This document shows, one piece after another, positions 13,637-22,875 of a stretch of DNA of 64,000 bases. Positions within the stretch are counted from its first letter, which is position 1, and each line of letters starts with the position of its first letter. The DNA lies in contig JBFJCP010000001.1 in assembly GCA_041615815.1 (NCBI GenBank), forward strand, positions 160,001-224,000. The letters run 5' to 3'. A program made the position numbers and the translations under genes. A model generated the notes under the pieces. That model did no database searches. It saw only the letters and a program-made list of their open reading frames with translations, and was not told where the DNA came from. The stretch is from Gemmatimonadales bacterium (GTDB lineage Bacteria > Gemmatimonadota > Gemmatimonadetes > Gemmatimonadales > GWC2-71-9).

Positions 13637-14563
13637 ATGAACAAGATCACCATCGTAGGGGCAGGGAACGTCGGCGCCACGCTAGCACAGCGGGTTGCCG
13701 AAAAGGAGCTGGCGCGCCAGGTCGTGCTGGTGGATATCGTCGAAGGCATCCCTCAAGGGAAAGGCCTCGACCAGTGGGAGTCCGCGCCGATCGAGGGGTT
13801 CGATAGCCGCGTGATCGGCGCCAATGACTATAGCCCGACTGCGGGTAGCGAGATGGTGATCGTGACCGCCGGTATCGCCCGCAAACCCGGGATGAGTCGA
13901 GACGACTTGGTCAAGACGAACGCCGAGATCGTGAAAGCCGTGAGTCAGGAGATCAAGCGATCCTGTCCGGAGGCCATCGTGATCATGGTGTCCAACCCGC
14001 TGGACGTGATGTGTTGGGTCGCCAAGGAAGTCACCGGGTTTTCGAGACAGCGCGTGATCGGCATGGCCGGGGTCCTGGACACGGCACGGTACCGGAGCTT
14101 TCTAGCGGAGGCGATCGACGTTTCGGTGGAGGACATCCAAGCGATGGTTCTGGGTGGACACGGCGACACGATGGTCCCGCTCATCTCCTATACGACCGTG
14201 TCGGGGATTCCGGTAACCCAACTCATCGACCGCAAACAACTCGACGCCATCGTCGAGCGCACGCGAAAGGGTGGGGCCGAGATCGTGGGATACCTCAAGA
14301 CCGGGTCCGCCTACTATGCTCCCTCGGCGGCCGCCGCACAGATGGCCGAGGCCATCGTCAAAGACAAGAAGCGCATTCTTCCGTGTGCCGCGTGGTTGGA
14401 AGGTGAGTACGGAATGGACGGCATCTATCTTGGCGTACCCTGTAAGCTCGGCGCCCAGGGACTGGAGCAGATCGTGGAGGTCGAACTCAGTTCCAAAGAG
14501 CAAGTGGCGTTGCGGAAGTCCGCCGAGGCCGTGCGGAAGACGATGGCGACCGTGTCCTTGTGA
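13637..14563 (+). CDS. mdh: Malate dehydrogenase (LDH-like)
   Basis: [34 protein letters not shown] and GSAYYAP motifs. Confidence 0.97.
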   Translation: MNKITIVGAGNVGATLAQRVAEKELARQVVLVDIVEGIPQGKGLDQWESAPIEGFDSRVIGANDYSPTAGSEMVIVTAGIARKPGMSRDDLVKTNAEIVKAVSQEIKRSCPEAIVIMVSNPLDVMCWVAKEVTGFSRQRVIGMAGVLDTARYRSFLAEAIDVSVEDIQAMVLGGHGDTMVPLISYTTVSGIPVTQLIDRKQLDAIVERTRKGGAEIVGYLKTGSAYYAPSAAAAQMAEAIVKDKKRILPCAAWLEGEYGMDGIYLGVPCKLGAQGLEQIVEVELSSKEQVALRKSAEAVRKTMATVSL

Positions 14564-14589
14564 TCGATTGCCGACCGTCGCGCCGTGTC

Positions 14590-14611
14590 GAGGGGGCCGC
14601 GGGGCCCCCTC
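14590..14611 (+). terminator. Hairpin after mdh (possible terminator)
   Basis: GAGGGGGCC-GCGG-GGCCCCCTC perfect 9-bp stem; no immediate U-tract. Confidence 0.5.
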
Positions 14612-14668
14612 TGGCCATTTGAACCCTGTGGTGTACCTTCTCAGCCGTCCTGCACTCCGGAGGCCGCC

Positions 14669-15232
14669 ATGGTCACCCTGGGATCGCTGTGGCTCCCCAT
14701 TCTGCTCTCGGCCGTGTTCGTCTGGATCGCTAGCGCGCTCATTTGGACGGTGATGCCACACCACAAGACGGATTGGAAAAAACTCCCCGACGAGGAAGCG
14801 CTCCGCGGAGCCCTCAAAGGACAGAACTTGGCACCGGCGCAGTACTCGTTCCCCCACGCGCCGGACTCCGCCGCCATGAAGGATCCTGAGGTTGTACGGA
14901 AGCTGCAGGAGGGGCCCGTGGGCGTGCTCACCATCTGGCCTTCGGGTATGCCCACCATGGGCGGGAAGATGGCGGCGTCGTTCGTGTACTACCTGGTGGT
15001 CGGCGCGATCGTCGCGTACCTGGCGGGACGAACGGTCGCGGCGGGGGCCGAGTATCTCGCGGTGTTCCGGGTCACGGGCACCGTGGCGTGGTTGGCCTAC
15101 GCGTTTGGCGGCATTCCCGACTCCATTTGGTTCGGGCGCCCCTGGAGCACAACCGTCAAGATCCTGATCGACGGGTTGGTCTACGCCTTGCTCACGGCCG
15201 GCGTCTTCGGCTGGCTGTGGCCGGGGGGCTGA
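14669..15232 (+). CDS. Hypothetical membrane protein (about 4 TM segments)
   Basis: GGAGG RBS before ATG 14669; four hydrophobic segments. Confidence 0.8.
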   Translation: MVTLGSLWLPILLSAVFVWIASALIWTVMPHHKTDWKKLPDEEALRGALKGQNLAPAQYSFPHAPDSAAMKDPEVVRKLQEGPVGVLTIWPSGMPTMGGKMAASFVYYLVVGAIVAYLAGRTVAAGAEYLAVFRVTGTVAWLAYAFGGIPDSIWFGRPWSTTVKILIDGLVYALLTAGVFGWLWPGG

Positions 15233-15643
15233 TCATTTGCCGGCGTACTCCACATAGTTTCGGGGCGTCTCCCATAGCACGATCTTTTTGAGGCGGCCGG
15301 GGAGGCGCCCTTCGAGCAGGTGCCAGATCACCACGATCATGTTCTCGGTCGTGGGATTGAGATCACGAAACTCCTCCACGTCGAGATTCAGGTTCTTGTG
15401 GTCGAAGCGCGCCACGACCAGATCTTCGACGATCCGCTTGACTTCACCCAGGTCCGCCACAAACCCGGTGACGGGATCGATCTCCCCCTCCACCGATACG
15501 TCCAACTCATAGTTGTGCCCGTGGTAGTTGGGGTTGTTGCACAGCCCAAACGTTCGACGATTATCGGCATCCGACAGTGCTGGGCTGTGGAGACGATGCG
15601 CCGCGTTGAAGTGGACGCGTCGGGTGACCGTGACGGTTGCCAT
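15233..15643 (-). CDS. 6-pyruvoyl-tetrahydropterin synthase family (COG0720), PTPS-II-type motif
   Basis: FNAAHRL, CNNPNYHGHNY, FDHKNLN, PTTEN and LWETPRN motifs. Confidence 0.93.
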   Translation of the reverse strand: MATVTVTRRVHFNAAHRLHSPALSDADNRRTFGLCNNPNYHGHNYELDVSVEGEIDPVTGFVADLGEVKRIVEDLVVARFDHKNLNLDVEEFRDLNPTTENMIVVIWHLLEGRLPGRLKKIVLWETPRNYVEYAGK

Positions 15644-15685
15644 CGGTGGGTAGTTACACGGAAAGGAAGGGGCGCGCAACGGCAC

Positions 15686-15727
15686 GAACGCCACGCGCGC
15701 CCCAACAGTGAGGCACGCGTGGCGTTC
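15686..15727. terminator. Inverted repeat downstream of the S8 protease gene
   Basis: GAACGCCACGCG ... CGCGTGGCGTTC, 12-bp perfect arms. Confidence 0.55.
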
Positions 15728-15749
15728 CCTCCTGCGAGCCTCGAGCCAG

Positions 15750-17750
15750 CTAGAACGTCACGACCGCTTCATTCGAACAGATCGCGGTGCCAGCCTCACA
15801 GACCTGATAGACGAAACTGGTGGCGGACGTCGATCCGATACGATCGAAATAGCGCCCGTTATTGCTCGTCGTCGCAATCACGGCTCCATCTCGATAGATA
15901 TCCACGTTCGACGACGTTGCCCCGTCCCATGTCAGGCGCGCGCCCCGCGCGCTCCCAAACTGTCGTCCAGTCGCCTCGAGCGTAATCGTTGCACCGCTTC
16001 CGCCGTCGGTGACGGTGACACCCTGCGAGATCGTGTCGGAGCCACCCGCGTCATCGGTGACCGTGAGCGACACGGTATACGTGCCGGCAGCCGCGTAGGT
16101 ATGGCTCGGGTCCTGCTGGGTCGACGTATTACCGTCACCGAACTCCCAGCTCCACGACGTGATGGAGCCATCGCTGTCCGTGCTCGTGTCCGTGAACCCG
16201 CACGTCAGGTCCCCGCAGCTCCACGTGAACCCCGCTGTGGGGGGATCATTCTGACCACCGGGCTCGGTGACTGTAACCTGCTGCGTCTCAGTGTCGGTCT
16301 CCCCGTCGTCGTCCGTTACGGTGAGCATCACCGAGTACGTCCCCGCAGCGGCGTAACTGTGATTGGGATTCTGCCCGCTCGATGTGTTTCCGTCCCCAAA
16401 TTCCCAGTTCCACGCGGCAATCGACCCGTCCGAATCGCTGCTTTGATCCATGAACGAGCAATCGAGATCGGTACAACTCGCCTCAAACGCCGCTGTCGGC
16501 GGCGTGTTGGGCGGCGGTCCGCCGGGACTGCCAATGAAGCCCGTGTAGAGAAACCGGTTCGCCGTGCCAAAGCGCGAGCTGCGGTTGTGGAGGTCGATGG
16601 TACCCAAGGTGGCGTTGTTGGTGAGGCCGGCCGCGACCTCCGCCGGCGTGGCGCCGGGATTGGCCTCGAGGAACAGGGCAGCCGCGCCGGCGACGTGGGG
16701 TGTTGCCATGGACGTGCCGCTGAGGCTCGCGGTCGCGTTGTCGTTGGTCAACCACGTGGAGATGATGCTCACGCCGGGTGCCAGGAGATCAACGCACGAA
16801 CCGTAGTTCGAGAACGACGCTTCGTCGTCGTCCGACTCCGTGGCACCCACGGTAAGCGCGCTGGGGGCCCCGGCTGGACTCTGCGTGCAGGCATCCTGCG
16901 GGATGCCAAAGATATTGCCGTTCCCCGCAGCCACCGCGTAGTTCACACCCGACGCGACGGAGTTCCCTACCGCATCGCGGAGCGACTGCACGTTGCCGTA
17001 CCCAAGGCTCATGTTCACGACTGCCGGACGCTGCGCGTTTGCCGTCACCCAGTCGACGGCGGCAATGGCCATGCTGACATCACCAAAGCCGTCGCAGTCG
17101 ACGACCCTGGCGGCCCAGATATCCGCATCCTTCGCGACGCCATACGTGGCTGAGGCAGCGGTACCGGCGACGTGCGTGCCATGTCCATGGCAATCCTCCG
17201 CGCTCCCCCGCCCGTCACCCACGAAATCGCCGCTGGCGCCGTTGGGCACGAACTCGGCACGGCCGCCAAAGTCGTTGTGCGAGTCACGGACTCCGGTATC
17301 GAGCACGTAGATGTTGACCCCCGCGCCACTCGCTTGGTACGTGTACGCGTTATCCAGCGGAAGATCCCCTTGGTCCACGCGGTCGAGGCCCCATGAGGGC
17401 GGGTTGGTCTGCGTCACGAAGAGTTCGGCCTCACGGTCCGGTTCGACGTACGCGACGAGGGGGCTCGCTCGGAGTTCCTCCGCACGCCGCACGGACATTC
17501 GCGCTGCAAACCCTTTGAGGGCGAACTGATAGGTAAAGAGCACGCGACCGCTCGTTTCGTCGATGAGCGTACGCGCCGTCAGGGCTGGATTGGCCACGGC
17601 GTCGTGCAACACCACGATGTACTGATCTGGGATGGCCCTCGTCGTCGTGGGCGGCGGTGTGTCGAGATCGGTAGATGGTTGCGTCGTCTCGCCGCATCCA
17701 AAGAGCACGAGCAGGCTCGTACCGAGCAGCGCGCGAGTGGATCGTCGCAT
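15750..17750 (-). CDS. Subtilisin-like S8 serine protease lipoprotein with I9 propeptide and two PKD domains
   Basis: Catalytic LDTG, HGTHVAG and GTSMATPHVAG; lipobox LFGC; two WxWEFGDG..P.H.YAAAGTY PKD repeats. Confidence 0.95.
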   Translation of the reverse strand: MRRSTRALLGTSLLVLFGCGETTQPSTDLDTPPPTTTRAIPDQYIVVLHDAVANPALTARTLIDETSGRVLFTYQFALKGFAARMSVRRAEELRASPLVAYVEPDREAELFVTQTNPPSWGLDRVDQGDLPLDNAYTYQASGAGVNIYVLDTGVRDSHNDFGGRAEFVPNGASGDFVGDGRGSAEDCHGHGTHVAGTAASATYGVAKDADIWAARVVDCDGFGDVSMAIAAVDWVTANAQRPAVVNMSLGYGNVQSLRDAVGNSVASGVNYAVAAGNGNIFGIPQDACTQSPAGAPSALTVGATESDDDEASFSNYGSCVDLLAPGVSIISTWLTNDNATASLSGTSMATPHVAGAAALFLEANPGATPAEVAAGLTNNATLGTIDLHNRSSRFGTANRFLYTGFIGSPGGPPPNTPPTAAFEASCTDLDCSFMDQSSDSDGSIAAWNWEFGDGNTSSGQNPNHSYAAAGTYSVMLTVTDDDGETDTETQQVTVTEPGGQNDPPTAGFTWSCGDLTCGFTDTSTDSDGSITSWSWEFGDGNTSTQQDPSHTYAAAGTYTVSLTVTDDAGGSDTISQGVTVTDGGSGATITLEATGRQFGSARGARLTWDGATSSNVDIYRDGAVIATTSNNGRYFDRIGSTSATSFVYQVCEAGTAICSNEAVVTF

Positions 17751-17869
17751 GACGTCTCCAGGTTGTCGTGTATGGGCGCGGCGTGGCAGCCCGGTCGGCA
17801 TGGGAGGAGCCAACCGGTCGCCATTGAATAGCATACGGGTCGTGGAGGGTCAAGCACGCCGTGAAGATC

Positions 17870-17897
17870 ACAGGCCCGACGACATCGCCGGGCCTGT
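17870..17897. terminator. Hairpin between the YncE-like gene and the S8 gene
   Basis: ACAGGCCCG ... CGGGCCTGT, 9-bp stem. Confidence 0.45.
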
Positions 17898-17936
17898 TGC
17901 ATCAGCGCCCCACACGGCACTCCGCATGGGGAGGGC

Positions 17937-19034
17937 TTACCGCGTGGCCGGATCCATCTTCCAGAAGCCAATCCCGCCTGGCTGATGCTGAACCGCGACG
18001 CTCGCCACCCGCCGCTTGTGCACGAGGTCGATGACATCCACGGTCCCGCGGGTCGCTCCAATTGCTTCGTTGGAAACGAACGCGTAGCGAGAATCCGGGG
18101 TGATCACAACACCGTGCGTCACCGGCTGCGTCGTCGCGACCCTGGTCTCCGTACCGGTTCGAAGATCGACGATCGCGACGCCCTGGTCGCCCTTGAGCGT
18201 CACGACGAGCCAGGCACCATCCGGGCTCACGTCCGCGTTATAGGGCCCCTTCCCAGTGGCAAACCTTCGGGTAACGGCCAAGCTCGTCGCGGAGATCTCG
18301 AGAATCAGCCCTCGCTGATTGCATGGGACGTACAGGAACCGATCGTCCGGCGATGGAACTACCCAGGTGGGACCGCATCGTTCAGCACCCGGTACGGGCG
18401 CTGGGGCGGGACTCGCCAGTACGCGCTCATTGCCCGGCGTGAGGTCCAAGATGCGGGCCACCTGAAGGGATCGAGTGGAGATCTCCACGAGTTGATCGCT
18501 CCCGACACAGACCGAGTAATGGGCCGTCCCGGACGTGTTGATACGACTTCCGTGTGGCTTCACACAGGTCTTGATCTGGGTGACCTCCTGCATGGTGGGC
18601 GTGAACAAGACCGAGACCGTGCTCGGCACCGCATCGCCGTGCAGGTTGAAATTGACGGCGAACAGCATGGACCCGTCAGGCGTCACAGCCATCGAGGCGG
18701 GGAACAGTCCAACCGTGGCCGTATCCGCGAGCCGGTCCGACCCGGTCGTGAACTTCCAGATCCGGCCGTAGGGCGTGCCGTGGGCGAGCGAGACGTACCA
18801 GTGCCTTCCGTCCGGCGATACCGTGAGTCCGTGCGCGCCGTCCAGATCGGCAGGCATGATGCCAACGGGAATGGTCGACTCCTCCACGAGTCCGTTGCGA
18901 TCCAAGCGAACTCGCGAGATCAGGTCCGACGACTCGTTCGCCACGTACACCCAGTATCGACCCGCGAGCTCTTGCGCGGCAGCGGGCGACACAGCCGTCA
19001 GGCACACCGCGAGGCTCCAGATCAGCTTCTTCAT
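17937..19034 (-). CDS. Secreted YncE/YVTN-like beta-propeller protein
   Basis: Signal peptide ending AAA-Q; repeated SPDG/TPDG..YVS/YVAN blades. Confidence 0.85.
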   Translation of the reverse strand: MKKLIWSLAVCLTAVSPAAAQELAGRYWVYVANESSDLISRVRLDRNGLVEESTIPVGIMPADLDGAHGLTVSPDGRHWYVSLAHGTPYGRIWKFTTGSDRLADTATVGLFPASMAVTPDGSMLFAVNFNLHGDAVPSTVSVLFTPTMQEVTQIKTCVKPHGSRINTSGTAHYSVCVGSDQLVEISTRSLQVARILDLTPGNERVLASPAPAPVPGAERCGPTWVVPSPDDRFLYVPCNQRGLILEISATSLAVTRRFATGKGPYNADVSPDGAWLVVTLKGDQGVAIVDLRTGTETRVATTQPVTHGVVITPDSRYAFVSNEAIGATRGTVDVIDLVHKRRVASVAVQHQPGGIGFWKMDPATR

Positions 19035-21058
19035 GGAGAGAGCCGCTCTGAGCGTTCGTGATGCAACACCCACAACCCGCTGTTCATGTCGCTCACGAAG
19101 ATGTTGCCCTTGAAGGGCTGGGGACCCCACGCTAGCGGCGCGTTAGGCTGTAACACATCGCGTGGGGCGGCGGTATGGTACCAGCCGATCTGACGTCCCT
19201 GCGCGTAGAGATCGCCACGGAGTTCACCCGTCACGTCGACGATTCGCAACCCACCCTGATAATACGCGATGTACAAGAGGCCGTTCTCGACCCAGATGTT
19301 GTGGGCCCCGGCCTCGGGCACCTCGAACCGGGCCACCTCACGCGGCGCGTCGAGGTCAGAAACGTCCATCACATGAATGTATCCCCGCGGGCCGTTCACG
19401 CATTTGTCGCAACCGAAGATCTCGTCGCCAACGAAGACGTAATTCCCCTCGCGGTAGGCCGTGTGGGTGTTGCCCATCCCGTACGCAATACTGGAAACGA
19501 ACGCCGGCGCCGTGGGCGTCCCACCATGCGTCCCCGCGCCGATATCCAAAATCACGAGCCCATCGTCCCAATATGACAGATACGCATAGCGACCATCGGC
19601 CCACACGTCATGAAGCGATTTGTTCTCCTCGCCTGGCCGAATTTCCCACCGTCCGGCATGCCGCGGATTCGTAGGATCACTCAGGTCCAGGATGTTCATG
19701 GCATTGGTACCGTCGTTCACCGCGTACACCACATCGCCGTTGATCCAGACATTGTGGATCCCGGCGGTGAGGCTGTCAGTGAGTTCCGCGATGATGTCCG
19801 GATGGGCGGGATCGGTCAGGTCCAAGACCACAATCCCGTTGCGCCGCGTGCTCGCGCCTTCTCGCGTGATGATGGCCCAACTCGCGTCTCCGTTCACCTT
19901 CACATCGTTGACCACACGCGCGTCGACCAGCACCGAGTCCACCAGGACGATGTCCGATGGCTCCGTCACGTCCCACACATACATTCGCTGCCCACCACCT
20001 TGAGCATGCGTCCCCGTGTAGGCATAATCCCGCCCGTCCTTCCCTTCGAACACCCACAGATCGCTCGTCGCCACATCGGGCGGTCCCGCTCGGGCAACCA
20101 GCTCGACCGGGGTCGCCTTGACGCGGGGAATCACCTCCACAACCGCTTCGGCGCCGAGCTGCCCTGCCGTGGCAACGACTTTGTAGGCCCCCGGGTTTTC
20201 CGCGACGAACGCCCCGTCCTCGTACATGTCGGCACCCGCGGAGTCGAGGCCGTGGGCGGCATAGGAGAGGGCAAGGTCGCGGACCCGCTGCCCAGACCGG
20301 TCGAGCGCGGCCACGTCGAAGCGCACCACGTCTCCCGTTCGTGCGGTGGTCGCACGTGGGGTGATGACGAGCTGCTGCACGGGGTTCGGGAGCGCCTGGA
20401 AAGTGTGACGTGCCGCGACGCGGTCATCGGCCGTGGCCACGAGCGTGGCCGTCCCCGGCCGCGAGATCGTCACGACCCCGGTGGGGGTGACCAATGCCAC
20501 CGTCGGCGTTTCACTGCGCCACTGAATGCTGGCCAGCGCGTGCTCGGTCTCCCGATTGGTCATGGGGGTGGCGGTCATGCGAAACGTGGTACCAGCGTAT
20601 GGCGCGTAGCGCGGCTCGTGAATCTCGACGCTCGCCAATGGCCAGTCATCCACCTGTACGGTGGCCGTGCCAATGGGGTTCCAGCGGAACCCGCCGGAGT
20701 CGTTTGGAACCTGCACCAGGATCTGGAACGGCGCTTCGCCGGGCCGGGTGCCAACGATCAGGTAGGAATCCGGAACGGAATCCTTTATAGACTTGGCATT
20801 GAACACATCCGAACCCCATGAAATGGCGAACCGCGCTCCACGAACGCGGGCGCCTTCGCGATCGGTAAGCGCAATTGTCAACAGGACGGTATCACCGCGA
20901 ACAAGCGCGAGGGGATCCGGCGTGAGGCGGGCGCCGCGGACGCGCAGCCCCGCCGTCAGCTCTGCGGACGAGCCTTGGGGGATCTGCGCCTCGAGCGCTG
21001 GGGGTCCGAGCGTCAACACGGCAAGCAAGACCGCGCCGAGAGGGGCTCGTCGAGCCAT
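19031..21058 (-). CDS. Secreted protein with Ig-like domains and an LVIVD-repeat beta-propeller
   Basis: Signal peptide; Big_2-like segment (WRSETPTVALVTPTGVVT); LVIVD-like repeats IVVLDLTDP, NILDLSDP, LVILDI, LRIVDV. Confidence 0.85.
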   Translation of the reverse strand: MARRAPLGAVLLAVLTLGPPALEAQIPQGSSAELTAGLRVRGARLTPDPLALVRGDTVLLTIALTDREGARVRGARFAISWGSDVFNAKSIKDSVPDSYLIVGTRPGEAPFQILVQVPNDSGGFRWNPIGTATVQVDDWPLASVEIHEPRYAPYAGTTFRMTATPMTNRETEHALASIQWRSETPTVALVTPTGVVTISRPGTATLVATADDRVAARHTFQALPNPVQQLVITPRATTARTGDVVRFDVAALDRSGQRVRDLALSYAAHGLDSAGADMYEDGAFVAENPGAYKVVATAGQLGAEAVVEVIPRVKATPVELVARAGPPDVATSDLWVFEGKDGRDYAYTGTHAQGGGQRMYVWDVTEPSDIVLVDSVLVDARVVNDVKVNGDASWAIITREGASTRRNGIVVLDLTDPAHPDIIAELTDSLTAGIHNVWINGDVVYAVNDGTNAMNILDLSDPTNPRHAGRWEIRPGEENKSLHDVWADGRYAYLSYWDDGLVILDIGAGTHGGTPTAPAFVSSIAYGMGNTHTAYREGNYVFVGDEIFGCDKCVNGPRGYIHVMDVSDLDAPREVARFEVPEAGAHNIWVENGLLYIAYYQGGLRIVDVTGELRGDLYAQGRQIGWYHTAAPRDVLQPNAPLAWGPQPFKGNIFVSDMNSGLWVLHHERSERLSP

Positions 21059-21292
21059 ACGCTACACTCCTCGGTTGGCTGGGAGGCCGGCCGTCGAGAC
21101 GCTCACGAGGGTGCAGGGCGCCACGCCCGGCGTGTTAGCTACGTCACGGTCTATTTAGACGCCCAAAGGGCACTAATAGTTTCGCCCGGCGTACCACGGA
21201 ACCACCGCCAGCCCGAAGCGGCGGGACAGCCATTGGTCACAGAGAGGCGTTGACGGTAACCTATGATGTTTCTACGTTTGGACTTAGACAAC

Positions 21293-22306
21293 GTGTCACC
21301 ACGCATCGTCGGGCTCATCGTCGTCGCGGCCGCGCTGGCCGCTCCCCGCACCCTCGTCGCCCAAGGCTCGGCGGTCGAGTTCGCGTCGGGACCCTGGTGG
21401 TATGGCGAGAGTCCGGCGTTCTCCTACACGCTTGCCTACCACCAGCGCATTGCGGGACCTGTCGACTACGGCCTGGGGTTCGCTCACCTCGACGACGCCA
21501 GCACGGTGGACGATCGCACGCAAACCGGCGCCGTGGTGTCACTCGCCGTCAACCGCGCGGGTCCCGGCCCGTACGTTCGGGGCGCGTGGGGGCTCGGTCT
21601 CCGGCACACGGACCGGGACCCTGACGCCTTCTGGGCGTTGGGCCTGGGATACTCGCTCCGGCCCGCCACCTTCCTCTCGCTCGGACTGGAGGCACTCTAC
21701 CGGGTGGAGGACCAGAGTCTCGGCGGCTTCTGGCAATTGGATCCCACCGACCGGCGCGGGGTGCAGTTGCAGGGCCGGGTGGCCCTGGCCTTTGGCGGCC
21801 AGCCGCGACGGGCGCGCACGCCCCGGCGTGCACCCGCACGCCGTCCGTCAGCGACATCGACATCCGGGCCCAGCGACGACACCAGTCCTGCGGCGACGAC
21901 GGCCACGACGGCCGCCAACGAGCTGACGCTCGACGTCGTGGCCACCGCCCTCGAGGCCATGGGAGCGCCGTATCGGTGGGGTGGCAGCGATGCGAACGGG
22001 TACGACTGCTCGGGACTCATCCAGTACGCGTATGGCGAGCATGGCATTCTACTCCCGCGCCGCAGCCGTGATCAGGCGCGCACCGGTGACCTCGTCGATC
22101 CGGACGTCGTCGCCCTTCAGCCCGGCGATATTCTCGGATTCACCACCGGAGGCGGCGGGATCTCGCACGTCGGGCTCTACGTTGGCCACGGCGACTTCAT
22201 TCACAGTACGTCCGGCGGCGTGAAGATCTCGAGCCTGACCAGCGATGACCCCGACAGTCGGTGGTGGCAGGAGCGGTGGGTCAACGCGCGACGGGTTCTC
22301 CCGTAG
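21293..22306 (+). CDS. NlpC/P60 (C40) peptidoglycan peptidase with N-terminal predicted outer-membrane beta-barrel
   Basis: GAPYRWGG, YDCSGL, ISHVGLY and FIHS motifs; signal peptide; start could instead be ATG 21263. Confidence 0.88.
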   Translation: MSPRIVGLIVVAAALAAPRTLVAQGSAVEFASGPWWYGESPAFSYTLAYHQRIAGPVDYGLGFAHLDDASTVDDRTQTGAVVSLAVNRAGPGPYVRGAWGLGLRHTDRDPDAFWALGLGYSLRPATFLSLGLEALYRVEDQSLGGFWQLDPTDRRGVQLQGRVALAFGGQPRRARTPRRAPARRPSATSTSGPSDDTSPAATTATTAANELTLDVVATALEAMGAPYRWGGSDANGYDCSGLIQYAYGEHGILLPRRSRDQARTGDLVDPDVVALQPGDILGFTTGGGGISHVGLYVGHGDFIHSTSGGVKISSLTSDDPDSRWWQERWVNARRVLP

Positions 22307-22310
22307 CGAC

Positions 22311-22865
22311 GTGGCCTGGATCGGGTGGATCGACGAGTCGGCGGTGACCGGTCCCCTCGCGGTACTCTATCGTCGTTATGCCGGTCCCACCGGGCTCGAT
22401 CACATTCTCAAGATTCACTCCCTCAACCCCGAATCGATGCGGGGACACTACGAACTCTATCGACATCTCATGCGCGGTCCCTCGGGATTGTCGCGTGCCG
22501 AGCGGGAGATGATCGCCGTCGCCGTCTCAGCCGAAAACGAATGTTTCTATTGACTGCGGCATCACGGAGCGGGACTCCGTCGGCTCGAGCGTGATGACGT
22601 AAAAGTCCGCGCGTTGGAACACGATTTTCGGACCGCACCACTGTCGCCACGCGAACGAGCGATCCTCGAGTACGCGGTCAAACTCACCGCGACTCCCAGC
22701 GCGATGAGCGAGCAGGACGTGATGGCACTTCGCGCCGTGGGTCTGTCCGACGGTGAAATCTTGGACGTGTGTCAGGTGACGGCGTACTACAATTACGTGA
22801 ACCGACTGGCTGATGGCTTGGGTGTCGAACTGGAACCCTATTGGGCCGAGGAGGACGAGACGTGA
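22311..22865 (+). CDS. AhpD/CMD-like peroxidase-related selenoprotein (in-frame TGA at 22551-53 read as Sec81)
   Basis: One frame: SRAEREMIAVAVSAENECFY-TGA-LRHHG...YAVKLT...AYYNYVNRLADGLG; TGA sits at the second Cys of CxYC; SECIS-like hairpin follows; selC present in the window. Confidence 0.88.
22554..22584 (+). promoter_or_regulatory. Bacterial SECIS-like stem-loop
   Basis: ACGGAG-CGGGA-CTCCGT hairpin (22564-80) begins 10 nt after the TGA, G-rich apical loop. Confidence 0.7.
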
Positions 22866-22875
22866 GGCTCGAGCG

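Noticed and set aside
15990..16530. Repeated DNA segments as a possible array
   Set aside because: They are the two in-frame PKD domains of the protease, not a CRISPR or non-coding repeat
15708..17153. 481-aa plus-strand ORF
   Set aside because: Antisense shadow of the S8 protease gene; Arg-rich with no recognisable motifs
22245..22865. Two separate small genes or a nonsense pseudogene
   Set aside because: Same frame, TGA exactly at a catalytic Cys position, SECIS-like hairpin and selC present; a selenoprotein explains it better
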